In this document: positions 29,490 through 39,474 of the stretch, piece by piece
Numbering within the stretch: position 1 is the stretch's first letter
Layout of the letters: each line of letters begins with the position of its first letter
Origin: Thermoanaerobaculia bacterium
GTDB lineage: Bacteria; Acidobacteriota; Thermoanaerobaculia; Multivoradales; Multivoraceae
DNA length: 64,000 nt
Assembly (NCBI GenBank): GCA_965116145.1
Contig: OZ220482.1
Span: forward strand, 1,089,450-1,153,449
Direction of reading: 5' to 3'
Made by a program: the position numbers and the translations under genes
The notes under the pieces: generated by a model
The model's database searches: none
What the model saw: only the letters and a program-made list of their open reading frames with translations
What the model was told of the DNA's origin: nothing

Positions 29490-30206
29490 CTACGGCAGTC
29501 TGTCGGCGGTCTCCGGCCGGCGCAGGGACGGCGGCAGCAACTCCGGACGGGTGTTGTAGTTGACCTCCATCGCCCGGCGCCAGGCGGGACGCGCGTTCAG
29601 GCGCTCGCGGTAGGCGGCGAGGCGCGGACCGATCGGTTCGCCGTAGGCGGCCGCCCAGTCCAGACAACTGCCGAGAAGGATGTCGACGCCGGTGAACCGA
29701 TCGCCGAGCAGGAACTTCCGGCCGTCCGCGAGCTCGAGCTCCGCCACGGACGACTGCTTCGCGAACCCCTCGCTCGCCGTACGGATCGCGGCGGGCGCGT
29801 CACCGTAGAGGTCGGCGAGGTCGCGGTGCTTGCGGATCACGTACAGCGTGTGGGCGTCGAGCTCCATCATCGTGAAGAACGCCCACTGGTCGTAGCTCAC
29901 CCGCGCCTGGCTGCCCGCGGCCGGCAGCAGTCCATCCGCCGCACCGTACGTTCCGGCAAGGTAGTTCACGATCGCGGCGCTCTCGGCGAGCGTCAGTTCC
30001 CCATCCTGCAGCACCGGGATCTTCTGGCGCGGATTCAACCGCGTGAACTCGTCCGTCCGGGTCTCGCCGGTACGCGGGCCGATCGGCCGGTGCTCGTAGT
30101 CGAGCCCCAGCTCGGCAAGCGCCCAGTGCACCCTCAACGTCCGCGCCGTGCTGCAGCCCCATGCGACGATGGCGGAATCCGCGGTGTCAGTGCGCGGAGC
30201 CGGCAT
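29490..30206 (-). CDS. glutathione S-transferase family protein
   Basis: 238 aa. N-terminal thioredoxin-like GST domain (KIPVLQDGELTLAESAAIVNYL) and a helical C-terminal domain. Confidence 0.8.
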   Translation of the reverse strand: MPAPRTDTADSAIVAWGCSTARTLRVHWALAELGLDYEHRPIGPRTGETRTDEFTRLNPRQKIPVLQDGELTLAESAAIVNYLAGTYGAADGLLPAAGSQARVSYDQWAFFTMMELDAHTLYVIRKHRDLADLYGDAPAAIRTASEGFAKQSSVAELELADGRKFLLGDRFTGVDILLGSCLDWAAAYGEPIGPRLAAYRERLNARPAWRRAMEVNYNTRPELLPPSLRRPETADRLP

Positions 30207-30212
30207 CGGGGC

Positions 30213-30422
30213 CTACGCAGAACGGGGCAGCGACAACGCCAGTGACACGCCCAGGCAGGCCAGGGCGAGGACGTAGAAGGCGATCGTGACGACATCGGCC
30301 AGAACCGGAACGTCGACCGGGCCGGACAGGGACCGCTGGCAGGCGGCCACCGGCAGGCCCGCGCCGATCACAGCAAGGGCGATCCACCGCACCCAGGTCA
30401 GTCGAGATTTCGATTGCGTCAT
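30213..30422 (-). CDS. small hypothetical membrane protein (two predicted TM helices)
   Basis: MTQSKSRLTWVRWIALAVIGAGLPVAAC...VVTIAFYVLALACLGVSLAL. Only weak RBS support. Confidence 0.25.
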   Translation of the reverse strand: MTQSKSRLTWVRWIALAVIGAGLPVAACQRSLSGPVDVPVLADVVTIAFYVLALACLGVSLALSLPRSA

Positions 30423-30712
30423 GTCCCGGTCCCGCCGTCGTGTCCCCTGGTTGCGCCGCACCACGGGCGAAGCGGGCCGGAGCATGTCACAGTTCGCAAG
30501 CCCCTGCACCACTGCGGAACCACTGCGGAACGAAGCCCGGACTGTGCCGTCCGGCAGGCAGGCCCCGGCCTGATACCGGGCTGCGTATCGGCCGCACAGC
30601 GTCTGCTGTTGCGGCTTCCCGGACGGCTGCGCGGCCACGGTCGGCTGAAGCAACGCAGAACCGTAGTACGCTCTGCGCTGCCCGACCCACATCCTGCAAG
30701 GAGGAAACTCGC

Positions 30713-32005
30713 GTGAACCGACTGCGTCCTCGGGGGCCGTACGCCCCGCTCACCCTCGCCGTCCTCGTGCTCGCGGCCGCCCTGGCCGCACCGGCATTCT
30801 CCGCCGACCCCGAACTTCAGCACGCGAAACCGGCCGACGTCGGGATGGATCCGGCCGGCCTCGCCAGGCTGTCCGAAGCGATGAACGCCATGGTCGACAA
30901 GGACCAGCTCGCCGGCGTCGTCACCATGGTCTCCCGCAAGGGAAAGGTCGTCCACTTCGAGGCCTACGGCCAGCAGGACATCGAGAGCGAAGTTCCCGTC
31001 GCGAAGGACACGATCTTCCGCATCTTCTCGATGACCAAGCCGATCGTCGGCGTCGCCCTGATGACGTACCACGACGAGGGCCGGTTCACGCTCGACGACC
31101 CGGTGGCGAAGTTCATCCCCGAGTTCGCCGACCTCGAGGTGGCGAAGGAGGACGGGCCGGACGGCAACCCGATCACCGAGGAAGCCGACCACCCGATGAC
31201 GATGCGGGAGCTGATGAGCCACACCGCCGGCCTGACCTACGGGCTGTTCTCCCGATCCCAGGTCGACACCCTGTACACGAAGGCGGGCATCATCACCGAC
31301 CCGAACCAGACGGTGAAGGACATGGTCGACAAGCTGGCGAAGATCCCGCTCCGCCAGCAGCCGGGATCGCTCTGGCACTACAGCGTCGCAGTCGACGTGC
31401 AGGGCTACATCCTCGAGATCCTCGCCGGCAAGCCGCTCGACGAGGTCCTGAACGATCGCGTCTTCGGGCCGCTGGGGATGACGGACACCGCCTTCTGGGT
31501 CGAGCCGGACAAGGTGGACCGATTCGCCAGCATGTACGAGCTGAAGGACGGCAAGCTGGCGAAGACCGAGTTCGGGCAGTACCTCCAGAAGCCGAAGTTC
31601 CTCTCCGGCGGCGGCGGCCTTGTATCGACCGCGGCGGACTACATGCGCTTCGCCCAGATGCTCGCCAACGGCGGCGAGCTCGACGGCGTCCGCATCCTGA
31701 AGCCGGAGACGGTCGAGCTGATGCACACCGACCACCTGCCGGCAGCGGTCACCGACATGGGCCCGATCTACCGGGGCAACCGCTTCGGCCTCGACTTCGC
31801 GATCGTCACCGACCCGCACCCCGCGACCGACCATGAGCGCGCCAGGGGCGAGTACTGGTGGTACGGCATCGGCGGCACCTGGTTCGGCATCAACCCGGTG
31901 CAGGACCTGGTGGTCGTCGGCATGATCCAGACCCGCGACTTCCGCACCGCGGCGGCGGCACGCTTCACCAGCAAGCGGCTGGCCTACGAAGCGATTGTCG
32001 ACTGA
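30713..32005 (+). CDS. serine hydrolase, beta-lactamase-related (class C / esterase) family, secreted
   Basis: GTG start at 30713 preceded by the SD caaggagga; the track ORF starts earlier, at 30440. Signal peptide, S-x-x-K motif FSMTKPIV, and YSVAVDV / GGGGLVSTAADY blocks. Confidence 0.85.
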   Translation: MNRLRPRGPYAPLTLAVLVLAAALAAPAFSADPELQHAKPADVGMDPAGLARLSEAMNAMVDKDQLAGVVTMVSRKGKVVHFEAYGQQDIESEVPVAKDTIFRIFSMTKPIVGVALMTYHDEGRFTLDDPVAKFIPEFADLEVAKEDGPDGNPITEEADHPMTMRELMSHTAGLTYGLFSRSQVDTLYTKAGIITDPNQTVKDMVDKLAKIPLRQQPGSLWHYSVAVDVQGYILEILAGKPLDEVLNDRVFGPLGMTDTAFWVEPDKVDRFASMYELKDGKLAKTEFGQYLQKPKFLSGGGGLVSTAADYMRFAQMLANGGELDGVRILKPETVELMHTDHLPAAVTDMGPIYRGNRFGLDFAIVTDPHPATDHERARGEYWWYGIGGTWFGINPVQDLVVVGMIQTRDFRTAAAARFTSKRLAYEAIVD

Positions 32006-32023
32006 CTCCCTGGTGGCCCGAGG

Positions 32024-32174
32024 CAGAAGTGCTTGCCTTGCCGAACGCGGTCAGGCGCCCGTTCAGCAAGGCGCTGCAGTTGCGCACATATCGGAGCACA
32101 TGTGACCGACGAGCAGCGCGGCCGGACGGGTGCGTGGCCGAATCGAATGCAGCGCGCCTCCTGCCACGGGCTGC
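32024..32174 (+). repeat. MITE-like repeat, copy E (5' end eroded)
   Basis: GGCCCGAGGCAGAAGTGCTTGCC...GGTCAGGCGCCCGTTCAGCAAGGCGC...GACGAGCAGCGCGGCCGGACGGGTGCGTGGCCGAATCGAATGCAGCGCGCCTCCTGCCACGGGCTGC. Confidence 0.75.
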
Positions 32175-32234
32175 CAGCCGGCGGGAAGCCGGCGCCCGCA
32201 GTCTGAACCGCCAGAAGACACGAGGAGGTCGTTG

Positions 32235-33827
32235 ATGAGTCTGATTGCCTGGTCGTGGATGTTCCTCATCCTCTATGTCGCCGGCATGCTGATCTTCGGC
32301 TGGGTCGCCAGCCGCCGCATCAGCAACGCCGACGACTTCGCCACCGCGCGAAGCAGCTACGGCCCGTACTTCCTGGCGCTGGCCTTCGCCGCCAGCACGG
32401 CAAGCGGCGCCACCTTCCTGGGCAGTCCGGGGCTCGGCTACCAGTTCGGGATGGCCAGCGTCTGGAGCAAGTTCCTCTACCCGATGGGGGTCTACTTCGG
32501 CGTCCTGATCACGATCCGGCTGGTCGCGAATTCCGGACACAAGTTCGGCAACCGCTCGATCCCCGAGTACCTGGGAGACCGCTACCGGAGCGACGGTGTC
32601 CGCCTGCTGGTCTCGGTCTTCTCGCTCGTCCTGTTCTTCTACATCGCCGGCCAGCTCGTTTCCGGACTGGTGATGTTCGAGACGATGCTCGGACTCGAAC
32701 CGATGACCGCGTTGATCATCACCTCCGGCGTGCTGCTGGTGTACGTCGCGCTCGGCGGCGCCCATGCCGACATCCTGACCGACGGCATCCAGGGGCTGAT
32801 GATGCTGAGCGTCGCCGTCGTCGTCATCGTCATGTTCCTCTTCGCCGCCGGGATGGACGGCGGGCTGTCGGACATGGTCGGCAACCTGCGCGGCCAGGAC
32901 CCCGACCTGGTCGGGCCGCTCAACACCTCCAACTCGCTCTACGACTCCTGGTGGGCCATTGCCTGCGTGCTGTTCGCGCACATTCCGCTCGGCATGCTGC
33001 CCCACATCGGCAACAAGGTCTGGGCGCTACGGGACGACGGCGACCGGATGCGCTTCGTCAAGCTCGCCTTCGGCGTCGGGCTGACGATGGGGATGCTCGG
33101 GCTGGGCGGCATTCTGGCTCGCGGCGTTCTCGGTCCCGAACTCCTCGACGCGAGCCGCAACCCGAACGAGGCCCTGCCCGCACTCTTCATCGAGCTGTTC
33201 CCGACCTGGCTCGCCGCCCTGATCGGGGTCGGCATCCTGGCCGCGATCATGTCGACGGCGGACGGACTCGTCGTCTCGTCGTCGCAGATCGTCGCCAACG
33301 ACATCTACCGCCGCTCGATCGTCCCCAGGTACACGCCCCACCTCAGCGACCGGGAGGTCGACCGCAAGGTGCTCGTCATCAGCCGCTGGAGCACGGTGAT
33401 CGTGCTGGTGCTCTGCACCTGGATGGCGTGGGCGATGCAGGACATGAACATCGCCCTGCTGGTGTGGATCGGCAGCGGCGGCATGATGGCCGCGTTCGCC
33501 GGCCCGCTCGTCGTAGGCGGCCTCTGGCGGGGCGTTACCCTGGCCGGCGCCTACACCGGCCTGGTCAGCGGCATGGTGACCTTCGTCCTGCTTCGCAGCG
33601 GCCTGCCCTGGATGATCGTCGACCCCGGTTCGCTCGGGCCGCTGTCGGGGATCGCGGAGTGGCTTGCCCACTACCGGATCAACCCGTACTCCTGCGCGGT
33701 GGTCGGCGAGGTCGTCTCGATCGCCGGGACTTATGTCGTGTCGAAGCTGACGCAGCCGCTGCCCGAGTCCCACGTCGAACAGCTCTTCAGCGCTCCGGCC
33801 GACACCGCCGAAGCCGCCGGCGGGTAA
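32235..33827 (+). CDS. sodium:solute symporter (SSS) family transporter
   Basis: ATG at 32235 preceded by the SD gaggagg; the track ORF starts at 32130, inside repeat E. About 13 TM helices with typical SSS blocks (GGAHADILTDGIQG, MSTADGL). Confidence 0.9.
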   Translation: MSLIAWSWMFLILYVAGMLIFGWVASRRISNADDFATARSSYGPYFLALAFAASTASGATFLGSPGLGYQFGMASVWSKFLYPMGVYFGVLITIRLVANSGHKFGNRSIPEYLGDRYRSDGVRLLVSVFSLVLFFYIAGQLVSGLVMFETMLGLEPMTALIITSGVLLVYVALGGAHADILTDGIQGLMMLSVAVVVIVMFLFAAGMDGGLSDMVGNLRGQDPDLVGPLNTSNSLYDSWWAIACVLFAHIPLGMLPHIGNKVWALRDDGDRMRFVKLAFGVGLTMGMLGLGGILARGVLGPELLDASRNPNEALPALFIELFPTWLAALIGVGILAAIMSTADGLVVSSSQIVANDIYRRSIVPRYTPHLSDREVDRKVLVISRWSTVIVLVLCTWMAWAMQDMNIALLVWIGSGGMMAAFAGPLVVGGLWRGVTLAGAYTGLVSGMVTFVLLRSGLPWMIVDPGSLGPLSGIAEWLAHYRINPYSCAVVGEVVSIAGTYVVSKLTQPLPESHVEQLFSAPADTAEAAGG

Positions 33828-33956
33828 CGCGGCGCGGACAGGCAGGGTCCATCCCCGGAAACTGCGAACGGTTCCCGGCGGAACAGGCCGCAGCGGCGGC
33901 GGCCGGCGGCTTTCGGCAGAACGTCGACGGACGGCGCGGCAGCGGCCGCCGCGGCG

Positions 33957-34166
33957 TCAGTCGTCCCAGTCGGGCAACGGCTGAGGCCCCGGGACGATGC
34001 CTGCGATGTCCGGATCCTCTCCGGTCGGGGTCTCCGGCGCTTCCTCGGCGGCCTGCTCCTTCTCCAGCTTGCGCTGCTCCCGCCGTGCCAGTTTCTCCTT
34101 GCGGCGCTCCCGCTTGCGCATCTCTCGTTGACGCTTCGCGAATGTGGTCGGGCCAGGTCTGGCCAT
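33957..34166 (-). CDS. small basic/acidic protein (69 aa): Lys/Arg-rich N-terminus and acidic C-terminus
   Basis: MARPGPTTFAKRQREMRKRERRKEKLARREQRKLEKEQAAEE...LPDWDD. A strong SD (ggaggagggg) lies about 8 nt upstream. Confidence 0.45.
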   Translation of the reverse strand: MARPGPTTFAKRQREMRKRERRKEKLARREQRKLEKEQAAEEAPETPTGEDPDIAGIVPGPQPLPDWDD

Positions 34167-34277
34167 GGATCAACTCCCCTCCTCCACGCCGACATCCCGC
34201 CGGGGCGGAACGGCCGATGGTAACAGCATCTTGACAGCGTGACGTGCGGCGGCCGGCGCCCGACGCCGCCGGCCGGT

Positions 34278-35906
34278 TCAGGGCGGGTAGTACGTCGGCG
34301 ACCCGGGGCCGACCGGCAGGCCTAGGGCGAACACCCAGACGTAGAACAGCGTCACCCAACCGACCAGGTAGGAGATCGAGTAGGGGATCATCGTCGCGAT
34401 CAGGGTGCCGATGCCGAGCTTTCGGTCGTAGCGCATCGCCACCGCCAGGATCAGGCCGAAGTAGCTCATCATCGGCGTGATGATGTTCGTCGTCGAGTCG
34501 CCGATCCGGTACGCCGCCTGGATGACCTCCGGGCTGTACCCGACCGTCATCAGCATCGGCACGAAGATCGGCGCGGTCACCGCCCACTGCGCCGATGCGC
34601 TGCCGAGCATCAGGTTGACGAAGCAGCACATCAGGATGAAGGGCAGAAACACGATCGGCCCGGTGAGATCGAAACGGGTCAGCAGGTCGGCGCCGACGAC
34701 GGCCGTGATCGTCCCCAGATTCGTCCAGTTGAAGAACGAGACGAACTGGGCGGCGAAGAAGACGAGGACCAGGTAGGGGCCGAGCGAACTCATCGCCCTG
34801 CCCATGCCGTCGATCACGTCGCGGTCGTTGCGGAGCGACCCCGTGACCCGGCCGTAGACGATCGAGGGCACGATGAAGAAGACGAAGATGAGGGCGACGA
34901 CACTCCGCAGCATCGGCCGCAGATCGTCGATCAGGAGCGCGTTCGCTGCCGGGTCGCGGAACCAGCCGTTCTCCGGCAGGGCGAGCAGCGCCAGACCGCC
35001 GATCATGGCGAGGACGGTCAGGCCCGCCAGCTTGAGGCCGCGCTTCTCGGCTGTCGACAGCGTCTTCAGGCCGTCCTCCGGATTCTCCAGGTCGGCCGCC
35101 GCCCGGTCCGGGTCGAACGCCCCCAGCTTGGGCTCCACGATCCGGGTGGTCACGACCGTGCCGATCGCCGTGATCATGAAGGTGCTGACGAGCATGAAGA
35201 GGTAGTTGGCGGTCGCCGGAATCTCGTTGGCGGCGCCGGGCGCGTAGGACGGATCGATGATGCGTGCCGCCTCGGTCGTGATGCCGGCGAGCAGGGGATC
35301 GACCGTCCCGATGAGAACATTCGCGGAGTAGCCGCCCGAGACCCCGGCGAAGGCGGCGGCCAGGCCGGCCAGGGGGTGGCGGCCGACCGCCCGGAACACG
35401 ACCGCGGCCAGCGGGATCAGCACGACGTAGCCCATCTCCGACGCAGTGTTGGAGACCACCGAGGCGAACACCACGACCGCGGTCAGCAGATTGCGCGGTG
35501 CGCTCAGCACCAGCGCCCGCAGCACGGCGCCGAGCAGACCGGACCGCTCGGCGACGCCGACACCGAGCAGCGCGACCAGGACCGTGCCGAGAGGGGCGAA
35601 GCCGGTGAAATTCGTCACCAGGTTCATCGCGATCCGCCGCATCCCCTCCGGGTCCAGCAGGCTGACCGCGCGGATCAGCCCGTCGTCGGAACGGCCGGAG
35701 ACACCGGCGGGACGCGGATCGGCAACCTGCCAGCCGAGCAGTTCCGCGAGCCCCGAGACCAGCAGGATGAGCAGAGCCAGCACCGCGAACAGCGTCACCG
35801 GGTGCGGCAGAAGGTTGCCGAGGAACTCGACGGCATTCAGGAAGCGGGCGAACGGTCCCGGCCCGCGCCGCTCCTTGTGCTTCCGCCGCTTCGAAGCCCC
35901 GGCCAT
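34278..35906 (-). CDS. AbgT-family transporter (p-aminobenzoyl-glutamate transporter family)
   Basis: An internal Met at 35906 (MAGASKRRKHKERRGPGPFARFLNAVEFLGNLLPHP) matches the AbgT N-terminus. Many TM helices. Confidence 0.85.
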   Translation of the reverse strand: MAGASKRRKHKERRGPGPFARFLNAVEFLGNLLPHPVTLFAVLALLILLVSGLAELLGWQVADPRPAGVSGRSDDGLIRAVSLLDPEGMRRIAMNLVTNFTGFAPLGTVLVALLGVGVAERSGLLGAVLRALVLSAPRNLLTAVVVFASVVSNTASEMGYVVLIPLAAVVFRAVGRHPLAGLAAAFAGVSGGYSANVLIGTVDPLLAGITTEAARIIDPSYAPGAANEIPATANYLFMLVSTFMITAIGTVVTTRIVEPKLGAFDPDRAAADLENPEDGLKTLSTAEKRGLKLAGLTVLAMIGGLALLALPENGWFRDPAANALLIDDLRPMLRSVVALIFVFFIVPSIVYGRVTGSLRNDRDVIDGMGRAMSSLGPYLVLVFFAAQFVSFFNWTNLGTITAVVGADLLTRFDLTGPIVFLPFILMCCFVNLMLGSASAQWAVTAPIFVPMLMTVGYSPEVIQAAYRIGDSTTNIITPMMSYFGLILAVAMRYDRKLGIGTLIATMIPYSISYLVGWVTLFYVWVFALGLPVGPGSPTYYPP

Positions 35907-36043
35907 CCGCGGAACAGTACCCTCTGGCAGTCCCTGGAGATAGTCGCACGGCATCGGTCAGGGCGACCCGTACTCTCGCCTCGGACTGCCGGGACCCAGG
36001 CCGGCAGGCGGCATCGGCACGCATAGGATCGGGCGGGAAACGG

Positions 36044-37747
36044 ATGATTCGACGTTCCAGCAGCGCCGGCCGTATCCGGCGGACCGCTCCGCAGCTCGCG
36101 GCCATGTGCCTGACCGTGTGCCTTCTCGCCGTCGGTTCGACCGCCGTTCCGGCGGCGCAGGACGCGATCGGCGAGAACGGCGAAGGCCGGCCTTCCCTGG
36201 CCCGCATCCTCGCCCATCTGCGCGTGCTGGGCGGCGACGAAATGGAAGGCCGCGGCACCGGCGCCAGGGGCGGCGACCGCGCCGCCGCCTACATCGAGGC
36301 GACGCTCGAGGAACTCGACGTGGAGCCGATCGCCGGCTCCTATCGGCAGGCGGTGCCGATGCACTCGAGCCTGCCGCTGCCGTCGAGCCAGCTCACCGTC
36401 CATTCCGAAGGAGACGGCGAGCACGCCCTGGCGCTGTGGGAGGACTACGTCCTGTTCGACACCGGCGCCCAGACCTACCTTCCGCAGCCGACTCCCCTGG
36501 TGTTCGTCGGCTACGGCATCGTCGCACCGGAATACCGCTACAACGACTACCAGGGCCTCGACATGGCCGGCCGGATCGCCGTCTTCCTGGCCGGCGAACC
36601 GGTCTCGGACGACCCCGTCTTCTTCGAAGGCGCGACGGCGACGTTCTACTCCGATCCCGGAATGAAGTTCCGCACCGCGCTCTCGCGCGGGGCCCGCGGA
36701 GCGATCCTGCTGCCCTCGCCGCGGGGAACGCTGTTCACCCGTTGGAACGAAGTCCGCGACGCCTTCGAGACCGAGGACGTCACGCTGCCCTACGGCATCG
36801 CCGGCAGCCTGAACGTCCTGCTCGAGATGCACCAGGCGGAGCGGCTGTTCGACGGCGCCGAAGCCTCCTTCGGAGAGGTCCTGGAACTCGACCGTCGGGG
36901 CGATCTCGGCAGCTTCCCGCTGGCGGTTCGCGTGCGGTTCCACGGCGAGTTCAGGGAGCGTGATTTCGCGGCCCACAACCTGATCGCGCGCCTTCCCGGC
37001 TCGGACCCCCTGCTCAGGGCCGACCACGTGATCGTCAGCGCCCACTACGACCACCTCGGGCTGGGGCGGCCGGTCGACGGCGATGCGATCTACAACGGCG
37101 TCATCGACAACGCCAGCGGCGCCGCGGTGACGCTAGAGCTCGCACGCATCCTGTCGAGCGGTCCGGAACGGCCCCGGCGGTCCATTCTCTTCCTGCTCGT
37201 GACCGGCGAGGAGAAGGGCCTACTCGGTTCCCGCTACTACCGCGACCACCCGGTCGTGCCGCTCCACCGGACGGTGGCGGCGCTGAACATCGACGGCATC
37301 TCCTTCCTCGACACGACAGACGAATTCGTCGGCATCGGCTCGAAGTACTCGACCCTCGGCGACCTGCTCGAGCGGACCCTGGCCTCCCTCGATCTCCGCC
37401 ACAGCGGCGTCCCCGCACCGCTTGCCCTCCGCGAGCCGTTCTACCGTTCCGACCAGCTCGCCTTCGCCCAGGCCGGCATCCCGTCGATCCTGGTCATGGA
37501 GGGACTGGCCTTCCGCAATCTGGATACGGACGAGGGACTGCGACGGTTCGTCGACTGGTCCCTGAAGCGCTACCACACACCCTTCGACGACCTCGAGCAG
37601 CCGCTGCACAGCCCCGCCATCGAGCAGCACGCCGAAGTGCTGCTGGCCTTCGTGCGCTCGGTCGCGAACACGCCGGCGGAGCCCCGCTGGCTGCCCGGAG
37701 CACCGTGGGTCGGAGAACGTCTCCGCACCCTCGCCGAAGGGCGCTGA
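36044..37747 (+). CDS. M28-family metallopeptidase with a PA domain, secreted
   Basis: 567 aa with a signal peptide. M28 motifs HYDHLGLG, NGVIDNASGAA and TGEEKGLLGS. Confidence 0.85.
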   Translation: MIRRSSSAGRIRRTAPQLAAMCLTVCLLAVGSTAVPAAQDAIGENGEGRPSLARILAHLRVLGGDEMEGRGTGARGGDRAAAYIEATLEELDVEPIAGSYRQAVPMHSSLPLPSSQLTVHSEGDGEHALALWEDYVLFDTGAQTYLPQPTPLVFVGYGIVAPEYRYNDYQGLDMAGRIAVFLAGEPVSDDPVFFEGATATFYSDPGMKFRTALSRGARGAILLPSPRGTLFTRWNEVRDAFETEDVTLPYGIAGSLNVLLEMHQAERLFDGAEASFGEVLELDRRGDLGSFPLAVRVRFHGEFRERDFAAHNLIARLPGSDPLLRADHVIVSAHYDHLGLGRPVDGDAIYNGVIDNASGAAVTLELARILSSGPERPRRSILFLLVTGEEKGLLGSRYYRDHPVVPLHRTVAALNIDGISFLDTTDEFVGIGSKYSTLGDLLERTLASLDLRHSGVPAPLALREPFYRSDQLAFAQAGIPSILVMEGLAFRNLDTDEGLRRFVDWSLKRYHTPFDDLEQPLHSPAIEQHAEVLLAFVRSVANTPAEPRWLPGAPWVGERLRTLAEGR

Positions 37748-37769
37748 CCGGGAGGCGGCAAGGTTCGTG

Positions 37770-38609
37770 ATGCGCTACCTGCTGGTCCTGGCGGCGGTCG
37801 TTGCCGTCTACGCCGACGTCGCGGCCGCTCAGCCGGCGGACCGTCAGAACGGCAGCATCCGCATCCGCGGCTCGGACACGATGCTGCTCCTGGTGCAGCG
37901 GTGGTCCGAGGAGTTCATGACCGCGCACCCCGGCATCTCGGTCGAAGCGCGGGGCGGCGGCACGACGAAGGGCCTCAACGCGCTGATCGAAGGCGAAGTC
38001 GACATCGCGTCCGCCTCCCGTCCGCTCAGACCCGACGAAGCGCAGCGCATGCTGGAGCGGCACGGCTCGCTCGGCTTCTCGGTGCTCGCCGCACGCGACG
38101 CCCTGAGCGTCTACGTTCATCCATCGAGCCCGATCCGCAACCTGTCGCTGGAGCAGCTCCGCGTGATCTTCACGGGACGCGTTCAGCGCTGGAGTCAACT
38201 CGGAAGCGAGACGACGCCGCACGACGAGATCCTGGTCATCAACCGCAGCCCGGCTTCGGGCAGCCGACTCTTCTTTCGGGAGCACGTCCTGCTCGGCGCG
38301 AAGTACGTCCGGCGCGCGCGCGTGCGGCCGACGACTGCATCCGTCGCGGCCGCGGTCACGGCAGCGCCCGGCGCGATCGGCTACGGCGGCATCGGTCTCG
38401 CGGAGGGCGTCCGGCTGCTCGAGATCGACGACGTGGAACCGTCTTTCGAGAACGTGCGGAACGGCAGCTACCCGATCTCGCGCTACCTCTACCTCTACGC
38501 GGCCAAGCCGCCCGCGGGGGTCACCAGGAGCTTCATCGACTGGATACTCGGTGACGCCGCCCAGCGCGTCGTCGCCGAGGTCGGCTTCGTACCGCTTCGG
38601 GATCCATAG
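37770..38609 (+). CDS. PstS-like phosphate-binding periplasmic protein (PBP superfamily); no pstCAB genes adjacent
   Basis: Signal peptide, and GSDTMLLLVQRW...GGGTTKGLNAL...GYGGIGLA blocks typical of PstS-family binding proteins. Confidence 0.75.
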   Translation: MRYLLVLAAVVAVYADVAAAQPADRQNGSIRIRGSDTMLLLVQRWSEEFMTAHPGISVEARGGGTTKGLNALIEGEVDIASASRPLRPDEAQRMLERHGSLGFSVLAARDALSVYVHPSSPIRNLSLEQLRVIFTGRVQRWSQLGSETTPHDEILVINRSPASGSRLFFREHVLLGAKYVRRARVRPTTASVAAAVTAAPGAIGYGGIGLAEGVRLLEIDDVEPSFENVRNGSYPISRYLYLYAAKPPAGVTRSFIDWILGDAAQRVVAEVGFVPLRDP

Positions 38610-38751
38610 CGGGTCGACCACTCCTCCCCCTTGCCGGAAGACTGCCGTGCAGCGGGTACAAGAATGTCGAACGGAGACGACAGCGCCGGTCGGAGTGCTC
38701 TGCGACAGCGCGTCGATGCGCCGCCAACCGCGCCGATCCCGTCCCGGCAGC

Positions 38752-39474
38752 TCACGGCCGGATGCCTCCGAGGACGGTGCGCAGCCGCTCGCGGTCGGGC
38801 TCGGTCAGCGGCAGGAAGAGGCGGCCTCCTTCGCGCAGCGCGGTCGCCGGATCGCAGGGATGGCACATCAGCACGCCTGGCTCACCGACATGCGTCAGCC
38901 CGAGGACATGCCCGAGCTCGTGGGCGATCACGTTGCGCAGGACGCCGGCGCCGGCGTGGTTGCTGTCGCCGTTGCCATCCTCGCCCGAGGGGATGGCGAC
39001 GAAGTGGCGTCCGCCCTGGCTGCCGTAGGGCCAGGCGAAGGGCATGAGCTTCCGGGCGGACAGCAGCACGACGACATCGGCCTCGAGCCGCAGGAGCGCA
39101 TCGGGCGGCCGCGGCCCCGGTTCCGACGAATCGAGGCGTCCGGCAAGCCGCGAGAGTCGGTAGGCGTAGTTCTCGAACGGCCGCAGGCCGCCGCCGGGAA
39201 CTGCCGGCGTCGGCGCAGAGAACGGAGCGGCCAGTCCGAGATCGGCGGCGGTCCGGTTCCAGAAGGAGACCGCCTCGCCCACCAGGGCGGCCCGGTCGTC
39301 ATCGGCGGCGGCCAGCACGACGACCCGCATGGGCGCGCCGACCTCGGATTCCGAGGCGAACGCAACTGACAGAATGCCGGGCAGGAGAACGACAGCAACA
39401 ACGAACCAGACGCGGCCCGCCGCGCCCGCGAGCACGGCGCCAGCGGCCCGCACACTCCAGAAGAAGATCATCAT
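38752..39474 (-). CDS. metzincin-type zinc metalloprotease (HExxHxxGxxH)
   Basis: HELGHVLGLTH zinc-binding motif and a hydrophobic N-terminus. The annotated start overlaps the divergent S15 peptidase start codon, so its true start is uncertain. Confidence 0.7.
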   Translation of the reverse strand: MMIFFWSVRAAGAVLAGAAGRVWFVVAVVLLPGILSVAFASESEVGAPMRVVVLAAADDDRAALVGEAVSFWNRTAADLGLAAPFSAPTPAVPGGGLRPFENYAYRLSRLAGRLDSSEPGPRPPDALLRLEADVVVLLSARKLMPFAWPYGSQGGRHFVAIPSGEDGNGDSNHAGAGVLRNVIAHELGHVLGLTHVGEPGVLMCHPCDPATALREGGRLFLPLTEPDRERLRTVLGGIRP